From an uncultured delta proteobacterium (GTDB lineage: Bacteria; Myxococcota_A; Polyangia; Polyangiales; Houyiibacteriaceae), in the NCBI GenBank assembly GCA_963768985.1, contig CAVYJZ010000004.1, forward strand, positions 1,164,944-1,228,943: a stretch of DNA of 64,000 nucleotides, read 5' to 3'. The first letter of the stretch is position 1; the number at the start of each line of letters is the position of its first letter. Under the pieces are notes generated by a model. It was not told the DNA's origin, searched no databases, and saw only the letters and a list, made by a program, of their open reading frames with translations. Shown here piece after piece: positions 36,897-45,838 of the stretch. Both the position numbers and the translations under genes were made by a program.

Positions 36897-39311
36897 CTAC
36901 CCTACCGCGGAGTCGCTGACATCGGGCCGCGTCCGTCGCTCCAATCCATGTCGACGGAGCTTGTCGAGGAACGTGGTACGTTTGAGACCGAGGATCCGTG
37001 CGGCTTCGCTCTTGTTTCCCCCGGATCGAAGGAGGACCTGCTCGAGCAGACGTCTTTCCACCTCTAGATAGGTTCCGCTCAAGGGCTCCTCTTGATCGGT
37101 ACCAGGCCATGCCAGCGTCGGCAGATCGCGCAGGGAGATGGTCTTGCTGGACGAGCCTGCCACGGCAAGCTCGATGACGCGCTCGAGCTCGGCGACGTCC
37201 CCAGGCCAGCCATGGGCAACCAGGGCAACCATGGCCTCCTGCTCGATCCCAGTGGGTTCGCGGGCCAAGACCCGACATGCGCGATCGATGGCGAGCAGTG
37301 CAAGTGACGGGATATCTTCGCGCCGTTCGCGCAAAGGCGGTATCGTCAGAACGGCCGGCGAGAAGCTGCTTGCGAGATGCGGTTCGAGCGCTCCGCATCG
37401 GCGCAGATCGCCCAACGGAGCGCGGGAGGTGGCAATGATTCGAGGACGCGCGAGGCAACGCTCTGCATCGTCCCCGGGCGGGGTATCCTGGGTAGCAAAC
37501 GCCGCCGCGAGATGTCTTTGCGCGAGCTTGGGGAGAGCCGGCAAGTCGCGAAGAAGCAGTGTGCCGCCCGCGGCGGATTGCAACCAACTCGTGCGGCGCT
37601 CCCCCTCTTCACCGAAGAGTAGGCTCATGACTTGATCCGCTGGCGACGCGGCACAATCCACCACGACGAACGGGGCTTCCCAGCGGGGGCCGCGATCATG
37701 AATGAATCGAGAAACCGGCAGCACCGGAGCGCCTGCGGGCCCAACGAGCAAGATCGGATCGAGAACGGAAGCCAGCTCGATCGCGCGGGTCTGCACGCGT
37801 CTCATGGATTGGCTGTACGCCACATGCAGAGTCTGATCTTCCGCGAGGCCGCGCCCGAGGACATCGCACTGACGACGGAGTTGCTCGACCTGCTCTTGCA
37901 GCACCGCAGTGCGGTCTTCGGCGTCTCGCTGCTGCATCGACAGTTGGCGAATCTGAGCGTCCGCGCGGCGTCCAGAGAGCGCCGCAGCGAGCGCACCTCC
38001 GAGCGATTCCCCCAACTGCAAGAGCGCCTCGAGCTCGGGAGGCGACAGGGTCTCCGACCGGTCACACAGCGGCAGGAGCAGCAAACCCTCGGTGTGGTCG
38101 AGGTGGACGCAGGGCAGCACAGATCCGATCCGCCGGTTCTCCATCGCGTCCACGAGTGGCCGAATGGAAGGCTCCCGAACGACTCTGGCGCGAAGGCTCA
38201 GGAGGTCGAGCACGCCATCATCAGCCCGGCCGAACAAGGCGTGGATGGAGGGTGAGGAGACATCGGCCGATTGGACGTTCACCCGTTCGCCGACGTCCAG
38301 CCGGATGCGAAGCGGCGGTTCCAATGTATAGAGCTCGGGCAAGCCGCTATCGGAATCGAGCGCCCGAACCAACGGCACGAGAATGCTCGTAGCGATGTCT
38401 TCGAGCGCGGCCCCTCCGACTAGATTGCGCCTTGCAGCTTGGGCACCGTCAGCGAGCCGGCCCGTGGTGCTCCAGACGGCGCGGCTCGAGACCTTTCGCG
38501 CGAACGAAAACGTCACCCACCACAGGGCTCCCGATGCCAACCCCAGCACCCCGAGCTGCCAGCGCTCCATCGCACCGGTTGGCGCGAACGCAACGGTCGC
38601 TGCGAAGCAAACCGAGCATGCAGCGACAGCCGGAACGCCGACACGACGGAGCGACCGCCATCGCGGATCGATCCAGGCGAGATGCCCAAGCCAAAGCAGC
38701 GCGGCAACCGAGAACTCGACCGTCGTGGCCCACAGACCGCCAAAGGGCCCGAACCAAGCGTAGGCGAGCCCGACCGAGAGGGTCGCCAGCGTGGCGCCCG
38801 AGAGGGTGCCCTCGACGACATGTCCGCGTTCGACAAGCACGATCTGGTGAAGCGCCCCAGTCGCGAGCACGCCAGCGAGCACCACGAGACCGAAGGTCGT
38901 CCCTGGAACCAGCCCCTCCCGCGCCAAACCTCCGGCGACGACTGCCGCGGCTGCAAGGCCACCGAGAGCGGTGTAACGCACCAGCGCACGGGTCCCACGT
39001 GGCAGAGCCAGATCGAGCATTACGAGCGCCACAATCAGCCACGCAAGATCGTGAGTCTGATCGAGGACGGGTGACCCGGTGCGCGCCGAGGCGAGAGCAA
39101 CACCCAGGGCGACGCCCATGAGCGCCAACCTCGAAGCGCCCCGCGTGCTCGGCCTCGCTCCCAACAACCCCAGCGGCGCCATGGACAGGACGATGGAAAG
39201 CACAGCCACCAACCACTCGGGCGAGGATGCAGCGCTCGAAGAGGCCCGTGCCGCCAGAACGTAAAGGACGGACGCAGGGCCGAGTATTGTCAGAAGCCGC
39301 GGAATTCGCAC
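36897..39311 (-). CDS. Polytopic-membrane sigma-54-activator-like protein with degenerate AAA+ motifs and a Fis-type HTH
   Basis: 804 aa, GTG start. About 8 N-terminal TM helices, a central sensor-like region plus coiled coil, then an NtrC-type domain (LTIPPLRERREDIPSL, GWPGDVAELERV) and HTH GGNKSEAARILGLKRTTFLDKLRRHGL. Walker A reads GPAGAPVL, Walker B reads GGTLLLRD, and GAFTGA is replaced by GERRTSW. Confidence 0.85.
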   Translation of the reverse strand: MRIPRLLTILGPASVLYVLAARASSSAASSPEWLVAVLSIVLSMAPLGLLGARPSTRGASRLALMGVALGVALASARTGSPVLDQTHDLAWLIVALVMLDLALPRGTRALVRYTALGGLAAAAVVAGGLAREGLVPGTTFGLVVLAGVLATGALHQIVLVERGHVVEGTLSGATLATLSVGLAYAWFGPFGGLWATTVEFSVAALLWLGHLAWIDPRWRSLRRVGVPAVAACSVCFAATVAFAPTGAMERWQLGVLGLASGALWWVTFSFARKVSSRAVWSTTGRLADGAQAARRNLVGGAALEDIATSILVPLVRALDSDSGLPELYTLEPPLRIRLDVGERVNVQSADVSSPSIHALFGRADDGVLDLLSLRARVVREPSIRPLVDAMENRRIGSVLPCVHLDHTEGLLLLPLCDRSETLSPPELEALLQLGESLGGALAAALSGRRADAQIRQLSMQQRDAEDRTAVLQEQVEQLRRQCDVLGRGLAEDQTLHVAYSQSMRRVQTRAIELASVLDPILLVGPAGAPVLPVSRFIHDRGPRWEAPFVVVDCAASPADQVMSLLFGEEGERRTSWLQSAAGGTLLLRDLPALPKLAQRHLAAAFATQDTPPGDDAERCLARPRIIATSRAPLGDLRRCGALEPHLASSFSPAVLTIPPLRERREDIPSLALLAIDRACRVLAREPTGIEQEAMVALVAHGWPGDVAELERVIELAVAGSSSKTISLRDLPTLAWPGTDQEEPLSGTYLEVERRLLEQVLLRSGGNKSEAARILGLKRTTFLDKLRRHGLERRTRPDVSDSAVG

Positions 39312-39347
39312 GTTTCGATCTCGTTCAATCGACGAGGCCGAAGTCTA

Positions 39348-41351
39348 TCACTGGCTGTGCGCATGACCAGAGCCATTGGGCTCCGTTTCGACGAACATCC
39401 GAATGCCGACTCGCTGCCACCAAACTCGGTACTTCCGCTGTGCTGCCTCTCGCTCCTTCTTCGAGAGACCCGGCTCGTACCCGAAGTCCTCCTGCGTCAG
39501 ATGCTTGATCTCGTCGCTGGCGCGGCGTCGAAGCCTTTCGTCGGAATGCATGAGGCTGTCGATCAACCATTCCACCCGATGTTGGTCGCCGTGCTTGTCG
39601 AGCCATCCGGTCCACTTCTTCTTGTGGTTGCCAAAATCCTGGCAGCCTAAGCGCACCAGGCTTGCATGGGCAGCACGGATCACGCCGGGCTCTGGAGCAT
39701 CGAGCAGGGAGACGAAGAACTCGAACGAATCCACGTCGCGGAGCCTCCCAAGCGCTTCGATCGAAATTATCTGTAGTTCGGGTCGTCGGCCATCGCGTGC
39801 AGATGCGCGAAGGCGCTCGATCAGCTGCACGAACTCGACTTCACATGCGTACAGAACGCTCAATGCCCGGTACGCGCTACCGCGAACGCCGGGATCGGGG
39901 TCGAACAAACGGCGGCCAATGGGCTGCACGAGGTCAGCATTGAGAAACTCGGACGCGAGAACCGTCGCGTAGTAACGGATATCGGGGTCCTCGCTGTCGA
40001 GGAGCGGAATCAGATATGGAACTGAACGCTGCCCGAACGCGACGAACGTCCTCGCGATGGGCGACACATCCCTGCCTGCTGGAATCCGGGCGTGCGGCTC
40101 GTTGCGATCAAACCAAAGGTTACCGGGAAACTCGCGTGCCAAGGCTGGCAGCGCTGCCTCACCGACCGCCAGGAGCGGCAGGATCACCATTTCATCCTCG
40201 GGACCCGCATCGCGCAGTGCGGCGACCAATTGTTCGATGTCCTCACCGACGTCGACGATGATGCTCGGCAACGAACCCTCGGGCGCCGTCGGTGGGGGTG
40301 CAGGGCCCCACCTTCGTCCGGCCGGCTCGCGGTCGGCGTTGGGGGGCGCGGAGTTGGGCGTGTGGGGACCTAGAGACACCACATCGTGCGTCATCGCACT
40401 TCCGTCGTTGTCACGCCTCGGATCCGAGGGAACGGACCGTCGGTGGGGTGTCGAGGACGGCGCCGGGGCCGGTTGCCACCCAGCTCCGGGCTCGGGTTTC
40501 GAGGACGCAGTCCCATCGGCACTGCTCGCAGTCGGCAATGAAGCTTTTCGTCGCGCCGAAGGCCGCCCGAGGACTTCAGGAGGGCGTGGGGGAAGGCTAT
40601 ATCGGGTCGCGTTGACGAAGCCCGAGCCGGGCTCCGAGTGCTTTCGCTGAGACGCAGCCGGATTGGAGTCACGGAACGTGCCCGCTGGAACCGAAGATCC
40701 GATCTGGGGCAGGACGGCCGGGGGCGGTTCGGTGTCGGCGGTGGCGACCGGCGCCGGAATCGACGATTCGACGCGTGGATACGAGCCGGAAACCTCCTTC
40801 TTCGGCGGAAGCGAGCTTCGCTTCCCCACCCCATCGAAAGGGGTGACGTAGGGCATCGAGCCAGCATCGGTGGCGTCGAGCCTGTTGCTGAGGTGCCGCA
40901 TCCTGGCCGTCATCTCGATGTCGTAGTGACGCGACAAGCCCGCTTCGACTCGCACCGAGCAGACGATGCGCTGCACGGGATCGATCCCGAGCTCGAACGA
41001 GATCTCGCGAAGGGTGGCGTCCCGAAGTGGACGATCGACCGCGAGAACGACGGCGTCTTCGGTGCGCGCGACGGGAATCAAGCGGTGCCGCACGGCGAAC
41101 TCCCGAGGCAGCACGCGAATCGTGTTGATCGATGCACCCATGACTTCGTTTCGGGTCGCTGGCAACAGCCCATATACGGCTGCGCAGTACGCGTTCATCT
41201 CGTTCTCGCGCAACAAACCGAGCTCGAGGAGCACCGTATCGAGGTTACCCCCACGCATGACTTGCTCCTGGATCGCTTGCTGCACCCGATCGACGGGGAT
41301 CACCTGGTCACGGACCAGAAGCGACGCGAGAATCGACATACAGGGAGCCAT
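39348..41351 (-). CDS. GspE-N/MshEN-type domain protein fused to a disordered linker and HEAT repeats
   Basis: 667 aa. The N-terminus SILASLLVRDQVIPVDRVQQAIQEQVMRGGNLDTVLLELGLLRENEMNAYCAAVYG...LIPVARTEDAVVLAVDRPL resembles the T2SS/T4P ATPase N-terminal domain. An approx. 200-aa Pro/Ser-rich region is followed by C-terminal HEAT repeats. Confidence 0.8.
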   Translation of the reverse strand: MAPCMSILASLLVRDQVIPVDRVQQAIQEQVMRGGNLDTVLLELGLLRENEMNAYCAAVYGLLPATRNEVMGASINTIRVLPREFAVRHRLIPVARTEDAVVLAVDRPLRDATLREISFELGIDPVQRIVCSVRVEAGLSRHYDIEMTARMRHLSNRLDATDAGSMPYVTPFDGVGKRSSLPPKKEVSGSYPRVESSIPAPVATADTEPPPAVLPQIGSSVPAGTFRDSNPAASQRKHSEPGSGFVNATRYSLPPRPPEVLGRPSARRKASLPTASSADGTASSKPEPGAGWQPAPAPSSTPHRRSVPSDPRRDNDGSAMTHDVVSLGPHTPNSAPPNADREPAGRRWGPAPPPTAPEGSLPSIIVDVGEDIEQLVAALRDAGPEDEMVILPLLAVGEAALPALAREFPGNLWFDRNEPHARIPAGRDVSPIARTFVAFGQRSVPYLIPLLDSEDPDIRYYATVLASEFLNADLVQPIGRRLFDPDPGVRGSAYRALSVLYACEVEFVQLIERLRASARDGRRPELQIISIEALGRLRDVDSFEFFVSLLDAPEPGVIRAAHASLVRLGCQDFGNHKKKWTGWLDKHGDQHRVEWLIDSLMHSDERLRRRASDEIKHLTQEDFGYEPGLSKKEREAAQRKYRVWWQRVGIRMFVETEPNGSGHAHSQ

Positions 41352-41375
41352 GTTGACGTCGCTTGTATCGGCGTG

Positions 41376-42107
41376 TCAACGAGCTTCTCCGGAGACTTCG
41401 AGCCGGTCGAGAACGATCGTCAACGCCGCAGCCACCGCCGTTTCGACCCGTAGAATCCTGCTTCCCAGGCTCGCAATAGAAAACCCTGCCCCTTGGAACA
41501 GAGCGATCTCGGTATCGGTGAATCCGCCCTCGGGCCCCACGGCACACCAGACTCGTTCCGGAATGCCACCGAGCCTCAGGTGCCCGGGCGCGCGCGCTTC
41601 GAACAGGATTCCCTGCGCATCGTCTGGAAATTGATTCAACCAGGCGCCGCATGACCGAGGATCGTGAATGATGGGAACGTCGTTTCGCTCGCACTGCGCA
41701 GCCGCTTCGCTGGCAATCCGTGTCAGCCGATCCACGCGCGACCGCGCTCGGTCCGCGGGCCATCGGGGGATGCTTCGCTCGGTATCCATCAATGCCACTT
41801 CATCCACGCCAAGCTCGGTGGCCATACGAACGCAGTCCTCAAGCTTCGAACCCTTCGGGAGCGCAAGCATCAAGACCACACGCGCCTGGCCCGTCTCCGT
41901 GACGGTCGGCGGGTCCGCCCAGCATATGACCTCGTCACCGATCGATTCGAGTCGAGCCCGCGCGACACGGCTCTTCCCGTCGAAGAGCACGACCTGATCG
42001 CCAACGCGAAGGCGGAGAACGCGCACGTGGCGACACGGCGCTTCCGCGAGCGTGACCACTCCACCCTGCTCAGGTAGGTCGGGAACGTAGAGCCTTCGGA
42101 CCGTCAT
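41376..42107 (-). CDS. rsmE: 16S rRNA (uracil1498-N3)-methyltransferase RsmE
   Basis: ORF 41376..42140, with start at ATG 42107 (MTVRRLYVP; ATGA overlap with prmA). Contains PKGSKLEDCVRMATELGV and GPEGGF. Confidence 0.88.
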   Translation of the reverse strand: MTVRRLYVPDLPEQGGVVTLAEAPCRHVRVLRLRVGDQVVLFDGKSRVARARLESIGDEVICWADPPTVTETGQARVVLMLALPKGSKLEDCVRMATELGVDEVALMDTERSIPRWPADRARSRVDRLTRIASEAAAQCERNDVPIIHDPRSCGAWLNQFPDDAQGILFEARAPGHLRLGGIPERVWCAVGPEGGFTDTEIALFQGAGFSIASLGSRILRVETAVAAALTIVLDRLEVSGEAR

Positions 42108-42964
42108 GGCTCTACCGGCCGAAACAGGCATGCACACCATTCGCCCTCGTCGAGGCAGGCCTCCAGGTGCATCGATGCGTACGCGGCCAGCAGCTCGTCA
42201 CGCTCGCTGCGGAGAATCCCGCTCAGCACCAGGATCCCACCGGACCCAACGCGCTTTCGGAGTGCGTCGGGCATGTGGATCAACACTCTCGTTTCGATGT
42301 TGGCGAGCACGATGTCGTAGGCGCCGCCAATTTGAGACAAAGGCGTCGTCGAAACCTCAATCTGCGGGGATACGCCGTTGAGCGTCGCGTTTCGACGCGC
42401 AACGACGACCGCTTCCTCGTCGATGTCGATCGCCCTCGCAAATGAGGCCCCCAGACGGACGGCGGCAATGGAAAGCACCCCGCTTCCGCAGCCAACGTCC
42501 AAGATGCTCTCGCCGCCCAGCACTCGCTGGTCTAGCATCTGCAGCACGAGTCTTGTCGTTTCGTGGTCACCACTGCCGAAGGCGTTCTCTGGATCGATCG
42601 TCAGAACCACGTCGCTTGGCCGGCTCTCCACGGTCTCCCATGACGGATGCAGCAACAGTCGCTTCCCGATGCGCTGCGCACCGAATCCACGACGCCACTC
42701 GGTAGCCCAGTCCTCGTCCGGCAGGTACGCGATCGTCGCTTCGTACTCCTTGGCGATGGCTTCCAATGCGTGTTGGGCCGAAGCGTCGTTGTCAAAAGCG
42801 GCAATCACGAGGGCCTGATCGGGCGTCGACTCGCGGATCAGGGTCGTGTCGTCTCGTTCTTCGAGGCCGGTTGCGCCGAGCTCCCAGAGCCTGAGTTGCG
42901 CAAGCTCCAGCTGCTCGGGTCGCACCCGGATGGTCACGAAGGGATGGCTCCGAGGATCGGACAT
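42104..42964 (-). CDS. prmA: Ribosomal protein L11 methyltransferase
   Basis: 286 aa. SAM motif ILDVGCGSGVLSIAA and the PrmA N-terminal domain. Confidence 0.9.
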   Translation of the reverse strand: MSDPRSHPFVTIRVRPEQLELAQLRLWELGATGLEERDDTTLIRESTPDQALVIAAFDNDASAQHALEAIAKEYEATIAYLPDEDWATEWRRGFGAQRIGKRLLLHPSWETVESRPSDVVLTIDPENAFGSGDHETTRLVLQMLDQRVLGGESILDVGCGSGVLSIAAVRLGASFARAIDIDEEAVVVARRNATLNGVSPQIEVSTTPLSQIGGAYDIVLANIETRVLIHMPDALRKRVGSGGILVLSGILRSERDELLAAYASMHLEACLDEGEWCACLFRPVEP

Positions 42965-43200
42965 CAGACCTTGATCATGCGCGCGGAGAGGTAGATGACC
43001 AGGAATAGAACCCAGGTGATCGGGCCCATACGATTACCCCCGCGCCATGCAACGATAGGAGTGAAGACCGGCACCAGGAAGCCCAAATAGCGCCACTGCG
43101 CGGCGAGGGGACCCACCAGCACGCGCCAAGCCATCACGAGGTGCGTGAACAGAAGCGCGGCGCCAGAAAGAGCCCAAAGCGCGAGCAACCAGAGTTCCAC
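42964..43200 (-). CDS. Small hypothetical membrane protein (78 aa)
   Basis: GTG start, three hydrophobic helices, 1-nt overlap with the prmA start. Confidence 0.5.
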   Translation of the reverse strand: MELWLLALWALSGAALLFTHLVMAWRVLVGPLAAQWRYLGFLVPVFTPIVAWRGGNRMGPITWVLFLVIYLSARMIKV

Positions 43201-43282
43201 ACCGGGGTTCTAGCCCATTGTGGGGAGTCGCCCAATGGAAGCCGACACGTGAATCGGGTCGCCAGTCTGCTACCTTGGCTAT

Positions 43283-44605
43283 TTGGAGGTAGTTCGCGTG
43301 TCCTCTAGAACCATTCGCATCGGGCTCGTCGGGTGCGGCGTCGTCGGAACGGGCGCTCTGGACATCTTGCGCTCGCATGCGGCGAAGATCGAGAGGCGCC
43401 TGGGTGCCACGCTCGTCGTCGAGCAGATCGCCGTCCGAAACCTGAGCCGAAAGCGAGCTGACTTCGTTCCCAGGGAGCTCCTGACCGATGATCCCTTTGC
43501 GGTGGCCCGGAACCCGAATGTCGACATCGTCGTCGAGGTCATGGGCGGCATCGAGCCCGCCGAACAGGTGCTGCGCGAAGCACTCGAGCGGGGAAAGCAG
43601 GTCGTCACGGCCAACAAGGCACTCCTGGCGGAGAAGGGGGACGCCCTGTTCGACTTGGCCAGACAGAAGGGCCTCGATCTGCACTTCGAGGCCGCAGTCG
43701 CTGGCGGCATTCCGATCATCCGCGCCATCGAGCAATCCCTCGCCTCCGACGAGATCCTATCGATTCAAGGGATCATCAACGGAACGAGCAACTACATCCT
43801 CACCGAGATGGCCGAGCGGGGGCTCGATTTCGACGTCGCGCTGCGATCCGCACAGGAGGCTGGCTTTGCCGAGGCGGATCCCACGCTGGACATCAATGGC
43901 GTCGATGCCGCGCACAAGCTCGCCATCCTGGCGACGCTCGCGTTTGGCGTGCGCGTTCACCCTGCCCACATCCGCACTGAAGGGATCGAAATCGTCGATG
44001 CCTTCGATATCGAGTATGCCGACGGCTTCGACTACGCGATTCGTCCCTTGGCGATCGCATCGCGATCCGACGACGACGTTCTCGACCTTCGTGTCCACCC
44101 TGCGCTCGTGCCGCTGGACAACCCGCTCGCACACATCACCGGCGCGCTCAACGCGGTTTCGGTGCGCGGAGAGCGTGTCGGCACGTGTCTGCTGTCCGGT
44201 CCCGGCGCAGGTGCTGGGCCCACGGCGACCAGTATCGTCAGCGACGTAATCGACGTCGCTCGCAACATGTTGAAAGACGCGTCGGGCCGCGTTCGGAGCT
44301 TCATCCACAACGAGAATGCCGAGCCGAACGTCCAGGATTCGGGCGACCTGCAATCCCGCTACTACTTGCGCTTCACCGTGCGCGACGAGCCAGGCGTGCT
44401 CTCGGATATCACCGGAAAGCTGAGCGCTTCTGGCATCTCGATCGAGAAGATGTTCCAGAACGTCGAGGCAGGTGGGACGGGTGCAGCCACCGTCGTCATC
44501 CTCAGCCACCAGGCCAAAGATCGCGCACTGCGCAATGCGTTGAGCCAGATCGATCCACTCCCCCACACCCTCGCCCCGACCCGCCTCTTGCGTATCCTCT
44601 CGTAG
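43283..44605 (+). CDS. hom: Homoserine dehydrogenase
   Basis: 440 aa. NAD-binding IGLVGCGVVGTG, catalytic region NGTSNYILTEM, and a C-terminal ACT domain. Confidence 0.95.
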   Translation: MEVVRVSSRTIRIGLVGCGVVGTGALDILRSHAAKIERRLGATLVVEQIAVRNLSRKRADFVPRELLTDDPFAVARNPNVDIVVEVMGGIEPAEQVLREALERGKQVVTANKALLAEKGDALFDLARQKGLDLHFEAAVAGGIPIIRAIEQSLASDEILSIQGIINGTSNYILTEMAERGLDFDVALRSAQEAGFAEADPTLDINGVDAAHKLAILATLAFGVRVHPAHIRTEGIEIVDAFDIEYADGFDYAIRPLAIASRSDDDVLDLRVHPALVPLDNPLAHITGALNAVSVRGERVGTCLLSGPGAGAGPTATSIVSDVIDVARNMLKDASGRVRSFIHNENAEPNVQDSGDLQSRYYLRFTVRDEPGVLSDITGKLSASGISIEKMFQNVEAGGTGAATVVILSHQAKDRALRNALSQIDPLPHTLAPTRLLRILS

Positions 44606-44651
44606 TCCCTAGTCCCGGATCGCGTGTCTCGAAGTCTGGAACCGAGAGCCT

Positions 44652-45506
44652 TCAGAGCTCCACGAACTCCATGACGGGCTCGGGCTTGCCACCGCAGCTT
44701 GCGGGGCGGGTCGCACCCGTATCGACCAGTTGCAGCCGAACGACTTGTTCCGCGGTCGCCGACCGGAACCGTGCCTCCCAAATCGACTTGGATTCCGGTA
44801 TAGTCGTCAGCCACTGCAGCGCATCGGGGGCCTGCTCGCCGAGGCGGCGACGCAAGATGATATCAGCCGCCTGCGTCGGTCGATCGTAACTGCAGCGACC
44901 ACGAAACCGATCCAGGTTTCCAATCGCTCCCGCTCGTCTGGAGGCCACAAAAGCGGCGGCGTGCTCGGCGCGAAGGCGACCGTACATGAGACCGTCAGGA
45001 AGCCATAGCGCGCATGCGGCAAACCGGTGTCCCCCCAGGTGACTGGTCTGCCAGACGTCGACCCCATGGGACTGGATTGCGCGGAACACGGCACCACCGT
45101 GCAGCGCACAACACCGATCGCGGCGCCCGTGCACGCACACTAGGCACATCGGAACGCTAGGCGAGCTCGGTAGCGCGTCGAGCTCGACATCGAGAAGGCT
45201 CTCATATCCGTCGAGCTCGACCTGCGACGTGCGCAGCGAATCGCTCGCGGCGTAAACCACCATGAACAGCGGTCGTTTCCCGGAGCGCCCCGGGCGCCGG
45301 ATGAATTGCAATCGCGAGCGCGGCTCTTCGAGCCACTGAAGGAGCCGGGCTCGCACGGGCGCGGGCAATGCCTCACTCTCGATCGCGTCGGGGGCCCATG
45401 GTTCGGTAACTTCGAGCAACAGCCACCGGTCAACCGACTCGACTGCAGTGCCGGTGAGCGACTCTCCGGCTTCCTGCGAGGCCACCGAACACTCCGACAG
45501 AGCCAC
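44652..45506 (-). CDS. Sucrase/ferredoxin-like (thioredoxin-like [2Fe-2S]) family protein
   Basis: ORF 44652..45599, with start moved to GTG 45506, 2 nt after the upstream stop. Contains GTAVESVDRWLLLEVTEPW and CVHGRRDRCCALHGG. Confidence 0.7.
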   Translation of the reverse strand: MALSECSVASQEAGESLTGTAVESVDRWLLLEVTEPWAPDAIESEALPAPVRARLLQWLEEPRSRLQFIRRPGRSGKRPLFMVVYAASDSLRTSQVELDGYESLLDVELDALPSSPSVPMCLVCVHGRRDRCCALHGGAVFRAIQSHGVDVWQTSHLGGHRFAACALWLPDGLMYGRLRAEHAAAFVASRRAGAIGNLDRFRGRCSYDRPTQAADIILRRRLGEQAPDALQWLTTIPESKSIWEARFRSATAEQVVRLQLVDTGATRPASCGGKPEPVMEFVEL

Positions 45507-45508
45507 CG

Positions 45509-45829
45509 TCAGTCCGCTGGAACGGGAAGAGGCGTCGCCATCTCTTCCGCAGCGTGGTTGATGGTACGCTGGCGACGGACCGCGATCTCGGATCGCCAAG
45601 CGTCATATTGGGATTCCATGCTCGTGAGTTGTTCCTCCGCGCGCGCCAGCTGCCGTTCGATCCGCTCGCGCTGCTTTGGGTCGGCCGCCTCCGAGAGTGC
45701 CACGCCAACCTGGTCTCGCAGGAGCTTCATACGTGCCACGGCGTCGGCGAAGTTCTGACGTGCGGCAAATCTCTCGGCTTGAACCATCCAAACGGCCCAG
45801 CGCTTTTCGTCACTCCTCAGGTCCATCAA
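45509..45829 (-). CDS. Hypothetical helical/coiled-coil protein (106 aa)
   Basis: Charged heptad-like sequence (RERIERQLARAEEQLTSMESQYDAWRSE). Starts 9 nt after the upstream membrane-protein stop. Confidence 0.5.
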   Translation of the reverse strand: MMDLRSDEKRWAVWMVQAERFAARQNFADAVARMKLLRDQVGVALSEAADPKQRERIERQLARAEEQLTSMESQYDAWRSEIAVRRQRTINHAAEEMATPLPVPAD

Positions 45830-45838
45830 TCCTCCAAT

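Noticed and set aside
45507-45599. The long N-terminal extension of the Suc_Fer-like ORF, which overlaps the upstream 106-aa gene by 91 nt. Considered as a possible frameshift or fusion.
   Set aside because: An in-frame GTG at 45506, 2 nt after the upstream stop, gives an N-terminus (VALSECSVASQEAGESLTGTA...WLLLE) matching the family's usual start. No frameshift is needed.
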